Positions 1 through 9,004 of a stretch of 44,129 nucleotides of DNA are shown piece after piece; position 1 is the first letter of the stretch, and the number at the start of each line of letters is the position of its first letter. A program made the translations under genes and the position numbers. The notes under the pieces are model-generated. The model was not told where the DNA came from, searched no databases, and was given only the letters and a program-made list of their open reading frames with translations. The stretch is taken from assembly GCA_037142555.1 (NCBI GenBank), contig JBAXAJ010000006.1, forward strand, positions 1 to 44,129, in the 5' to 3' direction. Source of the stretch: Candidatus Shapirobacteria bacterium. Its GTDB lineage: Bacteria > Patescibacteriota > Microgenomatia > UBA12405.

Positions 1-884
1 CTTTTAAATTTTTCTATCAATTCATCAGCAACTTCAACAGATTTTTCTTCAATTACTATTTCAGATTGATATGTTTCGACTTTTTCAACAATTTCCTCTT
101 TTAATATTTTTTTCTCTTCTTTGTTAACCAATTCAATTGGTAATTTTTCTAGCATTTTCTCTACCTGTTGATCAACATCTTCAAGTTTTGAACCATAATT
201 AGGTTCAATTATTTCCGCGACTACTTTATCTACAATTTCTTCAGCTTTTTCTTCTGGGATTTCCAAATCTTCTTTAATTTCATTTTGAATTTTGAATCTT
301 TCTCTACTAATTCTTTCAGCTTTCTTTTCAACCTCTACCTTATTATTATTTTCTTCCTCTTTTTTATTTTTATATTCATTTAAATCAACAATTTTCTCTT
401 CAGGAGTTTTCACCTCTTGGGCTACTTCTTCTGCTTTTTTACTATTTAATTCATCTAAAGTTTTTTTGTAAAGATCTCTTTGTTTTTGTAAAAAGTTTTC
501 TATATTTTTTTGAGAAATAGTTCCTTTATTATCTTTATAGATTTTATCTATTGCCATTTTGTCGTCATAGCCCTTACCATTTGTATATTCATCGTAAGAA
601 TCAACCAATTCATTAATTTTAGCGGTTGGCACCTCAGAGGTATTAAATTCACTTCCAGCTTCAGTTTCAATCCCTTTCAAGGCTTCAATCACCCCATCAA
701 TTCCATAAACATCCATTTTCCCTAGATAATTTTCAATGGATTTTTCCAAGACACTTCCTCTAATCAATTTTCCTTTTAGAAAATTAATTTGTTCCAAAAT
801 TTTGATGGCTTCTTGTGGGCTAGATACATTAAGAGCGTTTAGTTCTTGGATTTGGTCTTGTAAATTAATTGCTAAATCTGCCAT
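1..884 (-). CDS. Large acidic/Lys-rich coiled-coil hypothetical protein, runs off the window edge (MADLAINLQDQIQELNALNV...)
   Basis: Open frame from ATG at 884 to position 1, read manually and absent from the ORF track. TGCTATAAT lies 7 nt upstream of the ATG. Confidence 0.8.
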   Translation of the reverse strand, partial: MADLAINLQDQIQELNALNVSSPQEAIKILEQINFLKGKLIRGSVLEKSIENYLGKMDVYGIDGVIEALKGIETEAGSEFNTSEVPTAKINELVDSYDEYTNGKGYDDKMAIDKIYKDNKGTISQKNIENFLQKQRDLYKKTLDELNSKKAEEVAQEVKTPEEKIVDLNEYKNKKEEENNNKVEVEKKAERISRERFKIQNEIKEDLEIPEEKAEEIVDKVVAEIIEPNYGSKLEDVDQQVEKMLEKLPIELVNKEEKKILKEEIVEKVETYQSEIVIEEKSVEVADELIEKFK

Positions 885-902
885 TTATAAAATTATAGCA
901 AT

Positions 903-3413
903 TTAAACGATGCCATTACCAAAAATATCATCATAATCTAATTTACTCTTGTTGTCTGTTGTCATTTTGTTATCACCACTAGCTTCAACTACTTTATCTT
1001 CAGGAGTCACAAACTCAGGTTTAATTTGTTTGTTAAACTGTGGTGGTTGTGGAATTTTGACTTCTGTTTGATTGATAAAAACAGGTTTTTTATTAATCAA
1101 ATTATTAGGGTTTGGATCCTGTTTTTGAACTTGTGGGATAACTTCAGTTTTAGGCATTTCAAACTTAGGCAAAGGTGGTAATTTATTACTGTCAAATATA
1201 GTTTTTGGTGGCAATTGACTATTATTCTCCATATTTAATTTTGCCTCATGTTCTTTTAATTCATTTTTTTCCACTTCTTCAAGTTGGCTAATTTTGTCTT
1301 GGAGCCCTTTTTCAGTGTCATTATTTAAAACAACTACTTCTGGTCTTGAAGAAAAAAGATTGTTTGTATTATTTTGAGGAGGGGTGACTGGGCTAGCAAC
1401 TGGGGGTACAATTGGAGCCACAAGCTCAGGTTCCACAATTGCTTTTTGCTCAATTAGTGGCGGCAGCTCAACTTTTGGAGCTTCAATTTTAGTTTTAATT
1501 TCAGTAGTATATTTATTAACAGGGCCATCCTCTTCTGTTTCTGATGGTAAATTTTGGCTCAAAGGCGGTAATTGAGGTGCATTAGTTTCAGTCTTAAGCT
1601 CAATTGCTTCTTTTTTCATTCTTAAAACATCTTCTGGGTTAGAAGTGATTAGTTTATGTTCATCCTCAGAAGAAATAACTTGAATAGCCACGTGGTTTTG
1701 CCCAGCAAAAAAGATTCCTTCACCCTTATCAGCACTTAATAATAATTGTTTTTCTCCTTCAGACAGATAAAAAACTTCACCAATTTGGTCAATAGCCGCA
1801 CTATGTTGTTTCAAAAGAATTTGTATAGCACTATTAGTCACAATTTCTTTTCCATAATCAGTTTTTAAGAAATCATCAACATCTTGAGTAATAGTTGTCA
1901 CTCCTAAATAATATTTTCGGCCTCTTTTAACAATCCCTCTCAAAAATGAAGCTGAATCTTCATGTTGCATCAAATACCAAGCCTCATCAACAATCAAAAT
2001 TCTCTTTTTTAGAGTATTTTTAACCACTGTCCAGATATAATCCAAAATTATTTGCATTGCTACTGGTCTCAAACTGTCTTCAAGGTTTTTAATTCCAAAA
2101 ACTACAAATTTATTATTCAAATTAACAGTCGTTTTTTGATTGAAAATACCAGCAAAAGAACCTTTAATATATTTTTCAAATCTAGCTGCTAGGCCCTTGG
2201 CTTTTTCTTCTTCCATCCCAATTAAAGATTTATACAAATCTTCAATTAATGGAGCTTCTCTCTTTTGAGTTTCTGGGTCAGGGGTTATCCCCTTAGCTTT
2301 ATAAGCTTCCATAATTGCCTTATCTAGAATTGATTCTTCAATCGGATCCATTTTCCCAATCATAATTTTGAAAGTCTTGTGTAGGCTTAAAATCTTGCTA
2401 TTTAGGGCATTTTCGCCATCTTCTTCGACTAAAGACAAGTCAAAAGGATTAATTTTTGAAGCTTCATTGTACCCAAAGGCAATATATTGGCCACCCACCG
2501 ATTCACAAAGACTTTGATATTCATTTTCTGGGTCAATTACTATTATTTCTGAACCAAGCATCAGAGATCTCAAAGCTTCTAGTTTGATTAAATAAGATTT
2601 TCCGGCACCAGCAGTTGCAAAAACCACCGAATTATAGTTTTGCATTGAGAATCTATCAAAAATTACTAAAGAGCCGTTGTGCATATTAACCCCATACATA
2701 ATTCCCTTATCATCGGACAAATCTGAAGAAACAAAAGGGAATGTTGTTGCCAATGAAGTTGTATCCATGTTTCTAGTTATATTGAGTTTATCGTCGCAAG
2801 CTGGCAGGGTAGTGATGAACCCTTCTTCCATTTGCAAAGTTGCTCTCTTGCTAATAATCAAAAGTGAACCTAAGGCTGCTTCTAAATTCTTATTAATTCG
2901 ATTTAATTCTTCTTTTGAATCAGCAGTGATGGTTATATAAAGGCCAAATTGGAAAAATCTTTCTTCACCTTTAACTAAGTCAGCTTGTAAATTCAAAGCA
3001 TCTTCTAGTTTAGCTTGAGTAGCTGGGTTAGCTATCCTTCCTCTTTGCATATCAGTGCTAAGTTCAGCTTCCATTTCTGTAATTTTTCTTCTTAAATCAT
3101 CCAAAATTGCCTTTCCATCAGTTGGGTAGATATACATTGAAATATTCAAAGATGCATCAAAATTAATCAAAGACGATAACCAGTTTATACCTACAAATCG
3201 GGGGTAAGAAGCCACAAACAGAGTTTGATAATACTTATTATCAATTCTGACATGGTTAAAATCTACTTCCAAAGCTGAAGGTGCGATAATATCTTTTGTT
3301 GACACTAATCCATCCACAAATTCTTTTTCTCCACTTGTTTTCACTTCATTTGCAACTGGAGTTGTACTAGTGACAACCACTGGTTTTTTTAATAATTTAT
3401 CTAATAATTTCAT
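903..3413 (-). CDS. virB4: VirB4/TraC-like AAA+ ATPase (CPR T4SS-like module) with a long Pro/Asn-rich C-terminal tail
   Basis: Walker A ATAGAGKS, IDPENEY, INPFD, Walker B LIVDEAW, RKY...TTITQ motifs typical of VirB4/ConE. Confidence 0.9.
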   Translation of the reverse strand: MKLLDKLLKKPVVVTSTTPVANEVKTSGEKEFVDGLVSTKDIIAPSALEVDFNHVRIDNKYYQTLFVASYPRFVGINWLSSLINFDASLNISMYIYPTDGKAILDDLRRKITEMEAELSTDMQRGRIANPATQAKLEDALNLQADLVKGEERFFQFGLYITITADSKEELNRINKNLEAALGSLLIISKRATLQMEEGFITTLPACDDKLNITRNMDTTSLATTFPFVSSDLSDDKGIMYGVNMHNGSLVIFDRFSMQNYNSVVFATAGAGKSYLIKLEALRSLMLGSEIIVIDPENEYQSLCESVGGQYIAFGYNEASKINPFDLSLVEEDGENALNSKILSLHKTFKIMIGKMDPIEESILDKAIMEAYKAKGITPDPETQKREAPLIEDLYKSLIGMEEEKAKGLAARFEKYIKGSFAGIFNQKTTVNLNNKFVVFGIKNLEDSLRPVAMQIILDYIWTVVKNTLKKRILIVDEAWYLMQHEDSASFLRGIVKRGRKYYLGVTTITQDVDDFLKTDYGKEIVTNSAIQILLKQHSAAIDQIGEVFYLSEGEKQLLLSADKGEGIFFAGQNHVAIQVISSEDEHKLITSNPEDVLRMKKEAIELKTETNAPQLPPLSQNLPSETEEDGPVNKYTTEIKTKIEAPKVELPPLIEQKAIVEPELVAPIVPPVASPVTPPQNNTNNLFSSRPEVVVLNNDTEKGLQDKISQLEEVEKNELKEHEAKLNMENNSQLPPKTIFDSNKLPPLPKFEMPKTEVIPQVQKQDPNPNNLINKKPVFINQTEVKIPQPPQFNKQIKPEFVTPEDKVVEASGDNKMTTDNKSKLDYDDIFGNGIV

Positions 3414-3415
3414 TT

Positions 3416-4123
3416 TTATTTTGTAGTAACAACTGGGGCTCCATAGTTTAATGTTTGGAGTTTTTGGTTAACTGCAGTCCCTTCGTTGTATATTTTGTAA
3501 AAAACTTCGATTAATTCTTTTGTGTTTAGTTGTTCAATTTCTAAACCTAGTCTAGAAAATAATCTCATTAGATGATCTCTTTTAGGTTCCAAGCTAGCTT
3601 TAGCTTTTTCAAAAATATATTCCTTAGAATAGGGCAAATCAGTATTCTTATTTTTTGCCAAAAATGGGAGTAACTTGTTAAATGTTTCTTTCCCAGCATT
3701 TTTGATCCCTAATTCTAAAAGCGAAAATCGGACTACCACATAAAAAGATTTTGATAAAACCGCATTCTTTTTGACTGTTTCTTCAATAAACTTTCGATAT
3801 AATTGGATTCTTTGCTTTAAAAGAGAATTATCTTGTTTTTCTTGGGCTTCTTTAAGATTACTTAAATAAGAAGTGACATCTTTAGTGTTGGATCTGATCA
3901 CTATTTGGATTGGGAAGTTTAATGAATTTAAAATTCCACCATAAGCAAAAACCAAAGCTGATTGTTCTTTTTCTGATAATAAATCAAAATTCACTGAAGA
4001 AATTTGCATCACCATCGAACAAGACCCGTCTTTAATCATCACAATTCCATCCCGAACATCCTCTATTGGCAGATGGTCTTGAGTGCTTCCTTTAATAGCA
4101 ATTTTTAGAGGGTCGTTAGACAT
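3416..4123 (-). CDS. Conserved partner of VirB4, resembling the TraC/VirB4 N-terminal region
   Basis: STQDHLPIEDVRDG...VNFDLLSEKEQ...LNSLNFPIQI pattern; lies between PrgI and VirB4. Confidence 0.7.
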   Translation of the reverse strand: MSNDPLKIAIKGSTQDHLPIEDVRDGIVMIKDGSCSMVMQISSVNFDLLSEKEQSALVFAYGGILNSLNFPIQIVIRSNTKDVTSYLSNLKEAQEKQDNSLLKQRIQLYRKFIEETVKKNAVLSKSFYVVVRFSLLELGIKNAGKETFNKLLPFLAKNKNTDLPYSKEYIFEKAKASLEPKRDHLMRLFSRLGLEIEQLNTKELIEVFYKIYNEGTAVNQKLQTLNYGAPVVTTK

Positions 4124-4137
4124 ACTTTAATAATATC

Positions 4138-4977
4138 TTAATTTGATGTAATTATCCTTATTGGTTTAACAATTTCACCTTTTAAATCTACATTAACTCT
4201 ATCAAAATTGAAACCTTCTTTTTCACAAATTAATAAATATCTACCGTTGGATAGGGGGGTAGAAGTTTTAAATTGGCCTAGAGAATTACTTTTTAAGACC
4301 CTAGTTGGGTTTCCATGTTCATCTTGGATTTCAATAATCACTCCATCAACAATTTTCCCCATACCGTCAGTTGCCATCCCTACAATCACATTTGGTGTTT
4401 CTGGGATATCTGGCATTGGTATTGACCCAAAAACTGCTTGTCCAGTAGCTTCCAATTTTTCTGTTTTTAAGTTCAAATTAGATTTTTGGTCTCGCCAATC
4501 AGTTTCTTTAACAACAGCTTCTTCTTTTGTTTCTTTTTCTTCAAGTTTTTTATTTTCTCTTTTAACTGAAGGCAATGATTGGACAAATTCATCAATTTTT
4601 TTACTATCCTTTTTTAGCACAATTTCTTCATTTTCATTACTTTCAACATCAACAGTTTTACTTGAATCTAATTCAAGCCAATTTTTATCAGCTCTTTTTT
4701 TATAAATATAAATTGTTGGTGAATAAATAGATTTAATAAAAGCCACAATCCAAGTTTCCAAAGGTCTATCTTCAAAAGGCACAAAAGCCAACAATAAACC
4801 CCCACCAGCAACAACAAACATTAATGGCCACTTCACCAACACAATCAGCTTAGTAGTATTAATTAATATCGCCAAAATAATGCCTATAGCAGCTTTCAAA
4901 AATTGTTTTAGAGTCATGTCTCCCACTAGTTTGAATTCATATGATGAAATCTGCTGTGGAATTGGGTGTTGTTCCAT
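4138..4977 (-). CDS. PrgI family (VirB3-like) membrane protein with a C-terminal carboxypeptidase-regulatory-like beta-sandwich
   Basis: MEQHPIPQQISSYEFKLVGDMTLKQF N-terminus, two TM helices, C-terminal G..TD..G..V.G..I...D..G domain. Confidence 0.8.
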   Translation of the reverse strand: MEQHPIPQQISSYEFKLVGDMTLKQFLKAAIGIILAILINTTKLIVLVKWPLMFVVAGGGLLLAFVPFEDRPLETWIVAFIKSIYSPTIYIYKKRADKNWLELDSSKTVDVESNENEEIVLKKDSKKIDEFVQSLPSVKRENKKLEEKETKEEAVVKETDWRDQKSNLNLKTEKLEATGQAVFGSIPMPDIPETPNVIVGMATDGMGKIVDGVIIEIQDEHGNPTRVLKSNSLGQFKTSTPLSNGRYLLICEKEGFNFDRVNVDLKGEIVKPIRIITSN

Positions 4978-5014
4978 TAATTAATTCTACCAGCAAACTT
5001 GATAAACTACATAT

Positions 5015-5929
5015 ATGTCTAAACTTGTAATTATTGACGGTCACGCCATCATTCATCGGGCTTATCACTCAATTCCATCTCTAAGCGTCAATGGCCAACC
5101 AGTTAATGCTCTTTATGGTTTTTACTCCATGATTTTGACTGCAGTCAACACTCTCCAACCAGATTATCTAATCGTTTGTCTAGATTCTCCTGGTCCAAAT
5201 TTCAGAAACGAAGAATTTTTAGGTTATCGAGCCAAACGTAAACCTGCTGAACCAGATTTAATTTCTCAACTACCACTATTAAAATCAACCCTAGAACAAG
5301 CAAATATAACCAATTTTTCTATGGGTGGTTTTGAAGCTGACGATTTGATTGCCACAATTGCCATTAAAGCTGCCAAAAAGAAGATAATTAAAGAAGTCGT
5401 CATCATTACTGGTGATAAAGATTTGATGCAACTAGTTAACCAAAAAATATCTCTCTTTGTACCAATTCGTGGTCTTTCTGAAACTAAAATTTTTGAAACG
5501 GATGACGTTAAAGAAAAACTTGGAGTTCTACCTTCTCAAGTTGTCGATTTAAAAGCTTTGATGGGTGATATGTCAGACAACTATCCTGGTGTTGCTGGAA
5601 TTGGCCCAAAAGTTGCCATTGATTTACTCTCAGAATATGAAAATCTAGACAATATTTATAAAAATTTGGATCAAATTAAACCTCTAGTCAAAGAAAAACT
5701 AGTTAACGACAAAGAAAATGCTTATCTTTCTCAAAAACTAGCCACTTTAGTTTGCAATATCCCTCTAGAATTCAAACTTTCTTCTTCAAAATGGGATGAA
5801 TCTTCTTTTCTAGATTTAATTTCTCTCTTTAAAACTTTCAATTTTAAATCTCTAATCCAAAGAGTTGAAAAACAAAGTTCCATAAAAATTACTGATAAAA
5901 TAACTTCAAAGCAAACTACTTTATTTTAA
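5015..5929 (+). CDS. Stand-alone 5'-3' exonuclease/flap endonuclease (Pol I N-terminal domain only)
   Basis: IIDGHAIIHRAYH, EADD, TGDKD, GDMSDNYPGVAGIGPK (H3TH); no polymerase domain. Confidence 0.92.
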   Translation: MSKLVIIDGHAIIHRAYHSIPSLSVNGQPVNALYGFYSMILTAVNTLQPDYLIVCLDSPGPNFRNEEFLGYRAKRKPAEPDLISQLPLLKSTLEQANITNFSMGGFEADDLIATIAIKAAKKKIIKEVVIITGDKDLMQLVNQKISLFVPIRGLSETKIFETDDVKEKLGVLPSQVVDLKALMGDMSDNYPGVAGIGPKVAIDLLSEYENLDNIYKNLDQIKPLVKEKLVNDKENAYLSQKLATLVCNIPLEFKLSSSKWDESSFLDLISLFKTFNFKSLIQRVEKQSSIKITDKITSKQTTLF

Positions 5930-5931
5930 AT

Positions 5932-7074
5932 ATGAATAAACCACAAAAAATTGCTATCGTTCAAGATTATATTAAAGAATTTGGCGGAGCCGAATCAGTC
6001 CTTGAAACTCTATCAGAAATTTTCCCTGATGCCCCAATTTTCACCACTCTCTATAAACCTGAATTTTTAGGTCCACACCAAGATCGACTAGAAAAAAAAT
6101 GGTCAAATCGAATTCATCAAAGTTTTTTCCAATATATTCCTTTTGCCCACAAAATAATCAGCCCTCTTCGTCTTTTGTCACCACTAGCTTTTAAATCTTT
6201 CGATTTTTCTGCTTTTGATTTAATCATCATTTCCGCCACTGGTGCCTATTTCCCAAATTTAATCAACAAAGGCAAAGCAAAATTAATTTGTTATTGTCAC
6301 ACTCCACCTCGCTATCTCTATGGTCTTCCAACTGCCAGAAACTTCACTAAAAATAAAATTATTTATGCCATAATCCAAGTTTTGAATCACTTTCTAAGAA
6401 TTCTCGATTTTAAATCATCTCAAAATGTTGATCAATTCATTGCTAATTCTCAAACCACTGCCGCCCGTATTAAAAAATTCTATCGTCGTGATGCCATCAT
6501 CATCAATCCACCAGTCGATCTACCTGAAATTAGAAATTTGAAATTAGAAATTAAACCTTATTTCTTAACTGGTGGCCGTCTTGCTAGAGCCAAACGCTAT
6601 GATATTGCTATTCAAGCCTGTAACAAATTAGGTTTAAAACTTAAAATTTTTGGTCGTGATTTTGCCAATTATAGTCAAGAACTTAAAGATTTAGCTGGCT
6701 TGTCCGCCATAGCTTCAGCGAAGGCGGAGCCAACTATTGAATTCTTAGGTGAAGTTGATCAAAAACAAAAAGAAATTCTCTATTCTCAAGCCAAAGCTTT
6801 CATTTTTTGTTCAGATAATGAAGATTTTGGGATTGTTCCAGTTGAATCAATGGCCTATGGTTGCCCAGTCATCGCTTACAAGAGTGGAGGAGTCACTGAA
6901 ACAGTCGTCGAAGGCAAAACAGGCGTCTTTTTTGATGATTTAACCCCAGATTCTTGTGCCGCTGCAATCAAAAAATTTCAAAAATCAAAAATAAAATCAG
7001 AAGATTGCGTCTCTCGTGCCCAATATTTTTCCAAAGAAAAATTTATTTCTAAAATTAAAAAACTAATCTCTTAA
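5932..7074 (+). CDS. Glycosyltransferase family 4 (GT-B fold)
   Basis: GGAE, YCHTPPRYLY, EDFGIVPVESMAYGCPVIA motifs. Confidence 0.92.
   Translation: MNKPQKIAIVQDYIKEFGGAESVLETLSEIFPDAPIFTTLYKPEFLGPHQDRLEKKWSNRIHQSFFQYIPFAHKIISPLRLLSPLAFKSFDFSAFDLIIISATGAYFPNLINKGKAKLICYCHTPPRYLYGLPTARNFTKNKIIYAIIQVLNHFLRILDFKSSQNVDQFIANSQTTAARIKKFYRRDAIIINPPVDLPEIRNLKLEIKPYFLTGGRLARAKRYDIAIQACNKLGLKLKIFGRDFANYSQELKDLAGLSAIASAKAEPTIEFLGEVDQKQKEILYSQAKAFIFCSDNEDFGIVPVESMAYGCPVIAYKSGGVTETVVEGKTGVFFDDLTPDSCAAAIKKFQKSKIKSEDCVSRAQYFSKEKFISKIKKLIS
6526..6553. repeat. Tandem heptamer (GAAATTA/T) x4 inside the GT4 coding sequence
   Basis: gaaatta gaaattt gaaatta gaaatta, translated as EIRNLKLEI. Confidence 0.75.
6699..6728. 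repeat. 30-bp GC-rich palindromic mini-element inserted in frame
   Basis: cttgTCCGCCatagcttcagcgaaGGCGGA; removing it restores L-A-G-P-T; related copy at 32089-32119. Confidence 0.85.
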
Positions 7075-8016
7075 CCATTTTTGACCATCAAGAGCTGCTC
7101 TTGACCCATCTCCAGCTGCAATAATTGCTTGTCGATGATTTTCATTGACACAATCTCCAGCTGCAAAAATCCCTTCAACATTAGTCATTGTTGTCAGCTT
7201 TTCATTTTTACCAACAATTATTTGTCCACCATCTTTTAGATCAACTAACCCTTCCAAAAATTTAGTTGCTGGGCTATAACCAACCGCCACAAACAAACCA
7301 TCTAATGGCAACATTTTTTCTTCACCACTTTTATTATTCAAAATTCTAACTGATTCTAATTTTTCTTCCCCAATTAACTCTTTAACTTCTGTATTCCACA
7401 TTATTTCAATTTTTTCATTATTTAATACCTTGCCTTGCTCAGCTGCGCTAGCTCTAAATTCTTCTCTTCTGACAACCATATAAACTTTTTTAGCTAGTTT
7501 AGACAAAAAAGCTGCATCTTCACAAGCTGTGTCCCCACCACCAACCACGGCCACTATTTTATCTCTAAAAAACATTCCATCACAAGTTGCACAACTACCG
7601 ACTCCATGACCAATTAATTCTTGTTCTCTTGGTAACCGTAACCAATTAACAGATGCTCCAGTCGCAATAATCACAGATTTACTCTCTAAAATTTCTCCAT
7701 TTTCCAATTCAATTTTAAAAAGTTTAGAAATTAGAAATTTGTCATTAGAAATTCTTTTAACAATCCCATCTTTAATAGTTATCCCAAACTTTTTGACCTG
7801 ATCTTGCATTTCCATCATCAACTTAAAACCACCGATTCCATTTGGGAATCCAGGGTAGTTTTCTACCATTGGGGTGATTGTTAGTTGTCCACCTGGTTGG
7901 TTCCCAGCAATTACTACTGTTTTAATATCAGCTCGAGCGTTATAAATTGCCGCTGTTAAGCCACTTGGGCCTGAACCAATGACTATTGATTCATAAATTT
8001 CTTTTCCATCTATCAT
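7063..8016 (-). CDS. trxB: Thioredoxin-disulfide reductase
   Basis: GSGPSG, GGQL, CATCDG redox motif, GGGDTACE, FAAGD. Start moved to ATG 8016, which has TGATAAAAT 7 nt upstream. Confidence 0.95.
   Translation of the reverse strand: MIDGKEIYESIVIGSGPSGLTAAIYNARADIKTVVIAGNQPGGQLTITPMVENYPGFPNGIGGFKLMMEMQDQVKKFGITIKDGIVKRISNDKFLISKLFKIELENGEILESKSVIIATGASVNWLRLPREQELIGHGVGSCATCDGMFFRDKIVAVVGGGDTACEDAAFLSKLAKKVYMVVRREEFRASAAEQGKVLNNEKIEIMWNTEVKELIGEEKLESVRILNNKSGEEKMLPLDGLFVAVGYSPATKFLEGLVDLKDGGQIIVGKNEKLTTMTNVEGIFAAGDCVNENHRQAIIAAGDGSRAALDGQKWLRD
7724..7753. repeat. Tandem heptamer TTAGAAA array inside trxB
   Basis: ttagaaa ttagaaa tttgtca ttagaaa tt, read on the minus strand as ISNDKFLISK. 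Confidence 0.65.
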
Positions 8017-8047
8017 ATTTCTCATTTTATCATCTATAATTTTTATA

Positions 8048-8968
8048 ATGATCTCGAGAACTATTAACTCAATTAACTTTGTCTTTAAACACACTACCCA
8101 AAAAGGTCAACTGTTTTTTTGGCTTTTTATTCGTTTTCTGTCTGCAATCTTACCTTTAATAACCATCTATCAGTTTTCTCATTTGATCAAACTTCTTGAA
8201 ATTAAAACTGAATTAATTGTTCTTTTCTATTATTTACTCTGGATTTTTGCAGTTCGTCTTCTCGACAACTTTTTAAGAATTCGTTCCACCACCAAACTAG
8301 ACTTTTTAATTTCTAATCTTTCCTTTGAAATTCATAACTACTTTTTAATTGATTTTAAACCTGAAAACAAAGAAGATCGTCACGGTTCTATCCAAGCTAT
8401 TCGTAATTTTGCTGATGCCACAATAAAAACTCTGACCCTCTTTAAACAACCAGGAATCGACAGCATTGTTTCTATTCTCTTTATTCCTATTGCTTTATTT
8501 TTCATTGACTTTAAATCCTTTGTCATAATTGTTGCTTATATCAGCATCTATCTATTAATTAATTTCTTCACTAGTCAACGCTACAAAGATTTGCGTGATT
8601 TCCAAAACACTAAAACTGAAGCTTATTTTGCCAAACTTCAAGACAGTGATGATGTTGATCTTGAACAAAACACCTACACCCGCCATTTTAAAAGAATGAC
8701 AAATTGGAACTTTGTTGAATGGTTTGCTCTTCAAAACACCGCTGTTTTCTTCTATTCAATCTTTCTTCTATATCAAATCTATCAAGTAGTTAATGGCACT
8801 AGTGACATTTCTGATGTCGTTTTAGTCATTGGTTATGTCACTCAAACCCAAATGTTTTTAAATTCTTTCACTGACATTTGGTATTCACTGGGAGACATGT
8901 ATGTTGCTCTAAAGCATTTAGCTAAAAATGAATCAGTTTCCGTCCTCAGCCTAGATGAGTTCATTTAA
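8048..8968 (+). CDS. Membrane protein resembling an ABC-exporter transmembrane domain, with no nucleotide-binding domain
   Basis: About six hydrophobic helices with ABC_membrane-like spacing; no Walker motifs. Confidence 0.55.
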   Translation: MISRTINSINFVFKHTTQKGQLFFWLFIRFLSAILPLITIYQFSHLIKLLEIKTELIVLFYYLLWIFAVRLLDNFLRIRSTTKLDFLISNLSFEIHNYFLIDFKPENKEDRHGSIQAIRNFADATIKTLTLFKQPGIDSIVSILFIPIALFFIDFKSFVIIVAYISIYLLINFFTSQRYKDLRDFQNTKTEAYFAKLQDSDDVDLEQNTYTRHFKRMTNWNFVEWFALQNTAVFFYSIFLLYQIYQVVNGTSDISDVVLVIGYVTQTQMFLNSFTDIWYSLGDMYVALKHLAKNESVSVLSLDEFI

Positions 8969-9004
8969 CTTGCTATTTATCCGCCCGTGGTGGAAAATAA
9001 CCAA

